Source: Squalus acanthias (Eukaryota). Taken from it: a stretch of 64,000 nucleotides of DNA. The notes beneath the pieces were generated by a model. The model saw only the letters and a program-made list of their open reading frames with translations, was not told the DNA's origin and made no database searches. The stretch lies in the NCBI GenBank assembly GCA_030390025.1, contig JASTWF010000048.1, positions 930,001 to 994,000 of the forward strand, read 5' to 3'. Below, one piece after another: positions 60,371 through 64,000 of this stretch (position 1 is the stretch's first letter; every line of letters starts with the position of its first letter). The position numbers were made by a program, and so were the translations under genes.

Positions 60371-61905
60371 GTAGGTGAAGGAAACAAAGTGTTTTTGATT
60401 CATCCTATTTGATAGTCAATTGTTATATTCTGCAATTGTCCATTACTCTTCAGGGTTCCAATTAACAATGAGAATATCTTCAATCTGGTTATACCGTGCA
60501 TAAAATATAGAACAGTTCTTGTGGGGAGCAAAACCAGCAGGGAACTGCACTGGGATGTTTAAAGTAGGATGTTATGTTGCAAAAGTCTTCTTGCGTTTGG
60601 CTGATTTGTTTTGGAATTGGGAACATTTCTCATATTCCTTCCTCAGGAATGTTAATGGGTAGCGTAGAATCCAGGATAGAGGAGACTGCAGGCACTGAAC
60701 CTAATGATCAATACATACTTTTTTGGCGTGTGAGCAAAAATAAGAAATCAATTCGGAGATGTTGCCTCTTAAGATTGTTACTTCGCACTAATTTATAAAT
60801 ATAACCTCTTCCTTAATTTTGCATTAACTATGCTTTATCTGCTTTCATAATAACAACAGAAAACGCAGGAAAAACTCAGCAGGCCAGGCAGCATGCGTGG
60901 AGAGAGAAACAGAGTTAACGTTTCAGGTCGAAGACTTTTGCTCAGAACGGGAAAAAAGCAGGAAATGAAATAGATTTTAAAGCAAGTTTAGGGGCAGGGA
61001 AAAGGGGGAGAGGATGAAAGAACAGAAGGAAAGGTCAGTGTTAGGATAGAAAGCAGAAGAGAGTTTAAGAGACATTGAGAGACATTAAGAGATATTCATG
61101 GCAAGAGGAGGTGGAAATGGGACAGGTTGCGGAACAAAGGATGGCTTTAAACGAAGTGTGAATTATCTGCCTTCATCCGTATAACACACAATCCCATTCA
61201 TAAACATATTGTTGTTAAGCATGTTATGATTAATATCCTAAATCTGTGATCTTCTGGCGTGAATGTCCATTGTTAATAATTGCAGAATGGTGGAGTCTTT
61301 TACCAAACAGTAGATATCATTCTTGATCCAACCAATTAGATGCTTTTTCGGATTAGAGAATCTTACAGCACAGAAGTAGATCATTCGGCCCATCTTGCCA
61401 GTGCTGGCTCTGAGTCCCATTCATCCCTGTTCTTTCCACATAGCCCTGTAATTTTCTCTCCATCAAGTATTTACCAATTCTCTTTTACAAATTAAATATT
61501 GAATCTATTTCCACCACCCTTTCGAACAGTCTCTTCCCATTCATATTAACTCACTGTGTAAACATATTTCTCCTAATCAAAACTCTTTTGCAATCACCTT
61601 CAACCTCCTGTTTCGAAATCTCCAGCCAGAGGAAAAGTTTCTCCCTATCTACTCGAACAAAACCTTTATTATTTTGAACACCTGTATTTAATCAGCCCTT
61701 GACCTTCACTGCTCTGAGGAGAACAATTCCAGCTTCTGCAGTCTCGCCTCATAACTGAAGTCCCTCATCCCTGGTCCCATTTTACTAAATCCCCTCTGCG
61801 CCTTCTCCAACGCCTTGACATCCTTCCTAAAGTGCGGTGCCCAGAATTGGAAACAGGGCTCCAGCTGGGGCCTAGTTAGTTTTACTACCGGTCTGTAACA
61901 TTGTG

Positions 61906-61961
61906 CTCTTCTGAGAGCTCGATCTCTTACTTTGGTTCGGGAACTAAGCTGACAGTCCTAG
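61906..61961 (+). CDS. TRBJ: J26 SSESSISYFGSGTKLTVL (same as J20)
   Basis: RSS AGTTTTACT/12/CATTGTG (61878-61905). Confidence 0.93.
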
Positions 61962-63058
61962 GTAAGCACGAATGGATCTGAGTATTCAACGTTCATGTTC
62001 TTTCCTTGCTTCATAATTTCCCAAAACTCACAAACCTAGAGGAATACTGTAAAATTTGGGGTAACTTTGAAACTCAAGATGTAAAATTTACGAAGGCAGT
62101 GCTATGAAACAGTCAGGTTACAAGACGAATTGCCCCTGATTTGAAATCACCATCCTTTCCTAATTGTGGTTGTAATCATTGTTTATCTAAAGTGTCGATC
62201 AAAGAATCCTTTATTCAAACACTTAATTCTTCTGAGATGTTTTTTTAATTTGCAGTCGTTGAAAGTGCTAAGCTCCATAGTTCAGACCACCAACAGTGCT
62301 GAATTACATAGCGTTAGCAGCACCGAAACAGGCCATTCGGCCCAACTAGTCCATGCTGGTGTTTAAGCTCCATACGAACCTCCTCCTACCCCGCTTCATT
62401 TAACGCTATTACCACATCCTTCTATTAATTTCTCCCTCATGTGTTCAGCTAGCCTTCCCTTAAATGTATCTATGCTAGTCGCCTCAACTACTCCACATTG
62501 CCCATTCTCACTGCTCTCCGAGTAAAGAAGTTCCTCTTAAATTCGCTATTAGATTTATTGCTGACTGTCTTATATTTATGACCCCGTCTCATGGACGCCC
62601 CCACATGTGGAAACAGTTTATCTACCTCTACCCGATCAAAGACTACCATAATTTTAAAAACCTCTATCAGGACACCCCTCAGCCTTCTCTTTCCTAGAGG
62701 AAAGATCCCCAGCCTGTTCAGTCGTTCCTGATAGTTATAACCTCTCAGTTCTGATATAATCTTAGTAAATGTTATTCGAATCTTCTCCAGTGCCACTATA
62801 TCCATTCTATAATATAGAGACCAGAACTATGAAACGTACTCCAAGTGTAATCTAACCAAGGTTTTAAATAGGTTTACCTTAATGTCTCTACTTTGAAATG
62901 CTATCCTTCTAGAATTGAATAGGATAGAAAAGGCCAGATAAATCTAGGCATTGCAGTTAGTTGAACAAATAATGTTCAAGGGTGTCAAAGAGTCAGATTA
63001 AGATTTATCGTGCAATCATTAGGTTCCAGTAGTTTTGATACTGCTTTGTATCACTGTG

Positions 63059-63114
63059 TTCTGGAGGAAACAGCCCTCTTTTCTTTGGCGATGGCACAAA
63101 ATTATCAGTGTTGG
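63059..63114 (+). CDS. TRBJ: J27 SGGNSPLFFGDGTKLSVL
   Basis: RSS AGTTTTGAT/12/CACTGTG (63031-63058). Confidence 0.93.
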
Positions 63115-63786
63115 GTAAGTAAAGCTGAGCCATTTACTCTTCCATTGGCCAATCTAAAGGCATTTATTTTCACCAATGTAGAATGAAAAAGGGAATGCTA
63201 AACTAATAGTGATTATTTTAAGTACTAAACTCGGCATGGAAGGACTGCTGTAAATTTGATAACAGATCTAAATCCTGGTCAGCAATTTTTGAAAAGGAAC
63301 CCCCATCCCGGATAGTCTGTTCTAATCAACCATAGGACCAGGGGGTGAACATTCAGCCCCTTGAGCCTGTTCTGCCATTCAATTAGACCATGGCTGATCT
63401 GGATTTGAATTTCATCTACCGGCCTTTGGTACCATAACCCTTAATAAACTTATGCAACAAAAAATGATTGGAAGTAATGAACAAATACAGAAACTAGTCA
63501 AGGGCTTAGAATGTAGTATATCAGAGGGAAAATTCACCTAGTCTTTCTTCATGAACATAACTAATTGGGCTGCACAAGCTATTGGGGTTAAATCTCTGTT
63601 GAAACAATCTTTAAAATCAGGATTTATCACGACAGGTCATTAGCAAGCTTCAAACAGTTTAGCAATTTACTCTATGCTTGCTTTATATACTCAGTTAATA
63701 AAGGAAACAAGTTACGGAATTGTCGGCCTAAGACAACGTTGAACTGTTAGGTCACCGTAGTTTTATGATAGCAATGTAGCATTGTG

Positions 63787-63838
63787 GATGTAAATACTGA
63801 ATATCATTTTGGCTCTGGTTCCAAACTAACAGTGTTGG
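63787..63838 (+). CDS. TRBJ: J28 DVNTEYHFGSGSKLTVL
   Basis: RSS AGTTTTATG/12/CATTGTG (63759-63786). Confidence 0.93.
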
Positions 63839-64000
63839 GTAAGTAAAAAAATCGTCCCTCGTGTAACATTCTGAGTCAAAGGCAAATTTAGTTGTTTAAT
63901 TATTCAATGATATTACACTCTGGTACATAACTGCACAAAACAACATTTCGGAGTCGCCCCCCAAGACTTTCGTCCATTTACCCAGAATGCCAAATTATTG

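Larger units (their letters stand above)
41180..64000 (+). repeat. ~9.42-kb tandem segmental triplication of a J cassette (units ~41180-50611, ~50612-60034, ~60035 to beyond window end)
   Basis: Paralogous J offsets of 9415-9433 bp, with the same intervening CR1 fragments and repeated ORFs (e.g. 43408/52828, 47469/56887, 49240/58659). Confidence 0.95.

Noticed and set aside
2481-63838. Alternative identity as IgH/IgNAR, TRA, TRD or TRG
   Set aside because: The GGGACAGGGGG D with 12/23 RSS, FGxG (not WGxG) J segments and the translocon layout indicate TRB.

Overview
Vertebrate genomic DNA, most likely from a cartilaginous fish (shark or ray, inferred from the repeat families). It holds the V-D-J core of a germline T-cell receptor beta (TRB) locus, all on the + strand. 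There are four TRBV genes (leader exon, V exon, 3' RSS with 22/23-bp spacer) at 2.5-22.2 kb and one TRBD (GGGACAGGGGGGA, 12-RSS and 23-RSS) at 30540-30552. At least 28 TRBJ segments (12-RSS, FGxG motif, GT donor) follow from 31.1 kb to the window end. No constant exon is present, so it presumably lies downstream. The distal 16 J segments come from a ~9.42-kb tandem triplication whose middle copy is a recombinant hybrid. The rest is retroelement debris (CR1-type LINEs including a nested pair, a Penelope-like GIY-YIG fragment, DeuSINE-like SINEs), SINE/LINE-derived minisatellites, microsatellites and three N-runs. Most ORFs in the supplied track are spurious or retroelement-derived. I see no new gene family. 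The most interesting signals are organisational: a proximal-weak/distal-strong J-RSS gradient, a short trypsinogen-free V-D interval with CTCF-like sites and a 3.4-kb SINE-born satellite, an apparently decaying V duplicate, and YYCC V domains. V and J numbers below are my own, in window order.
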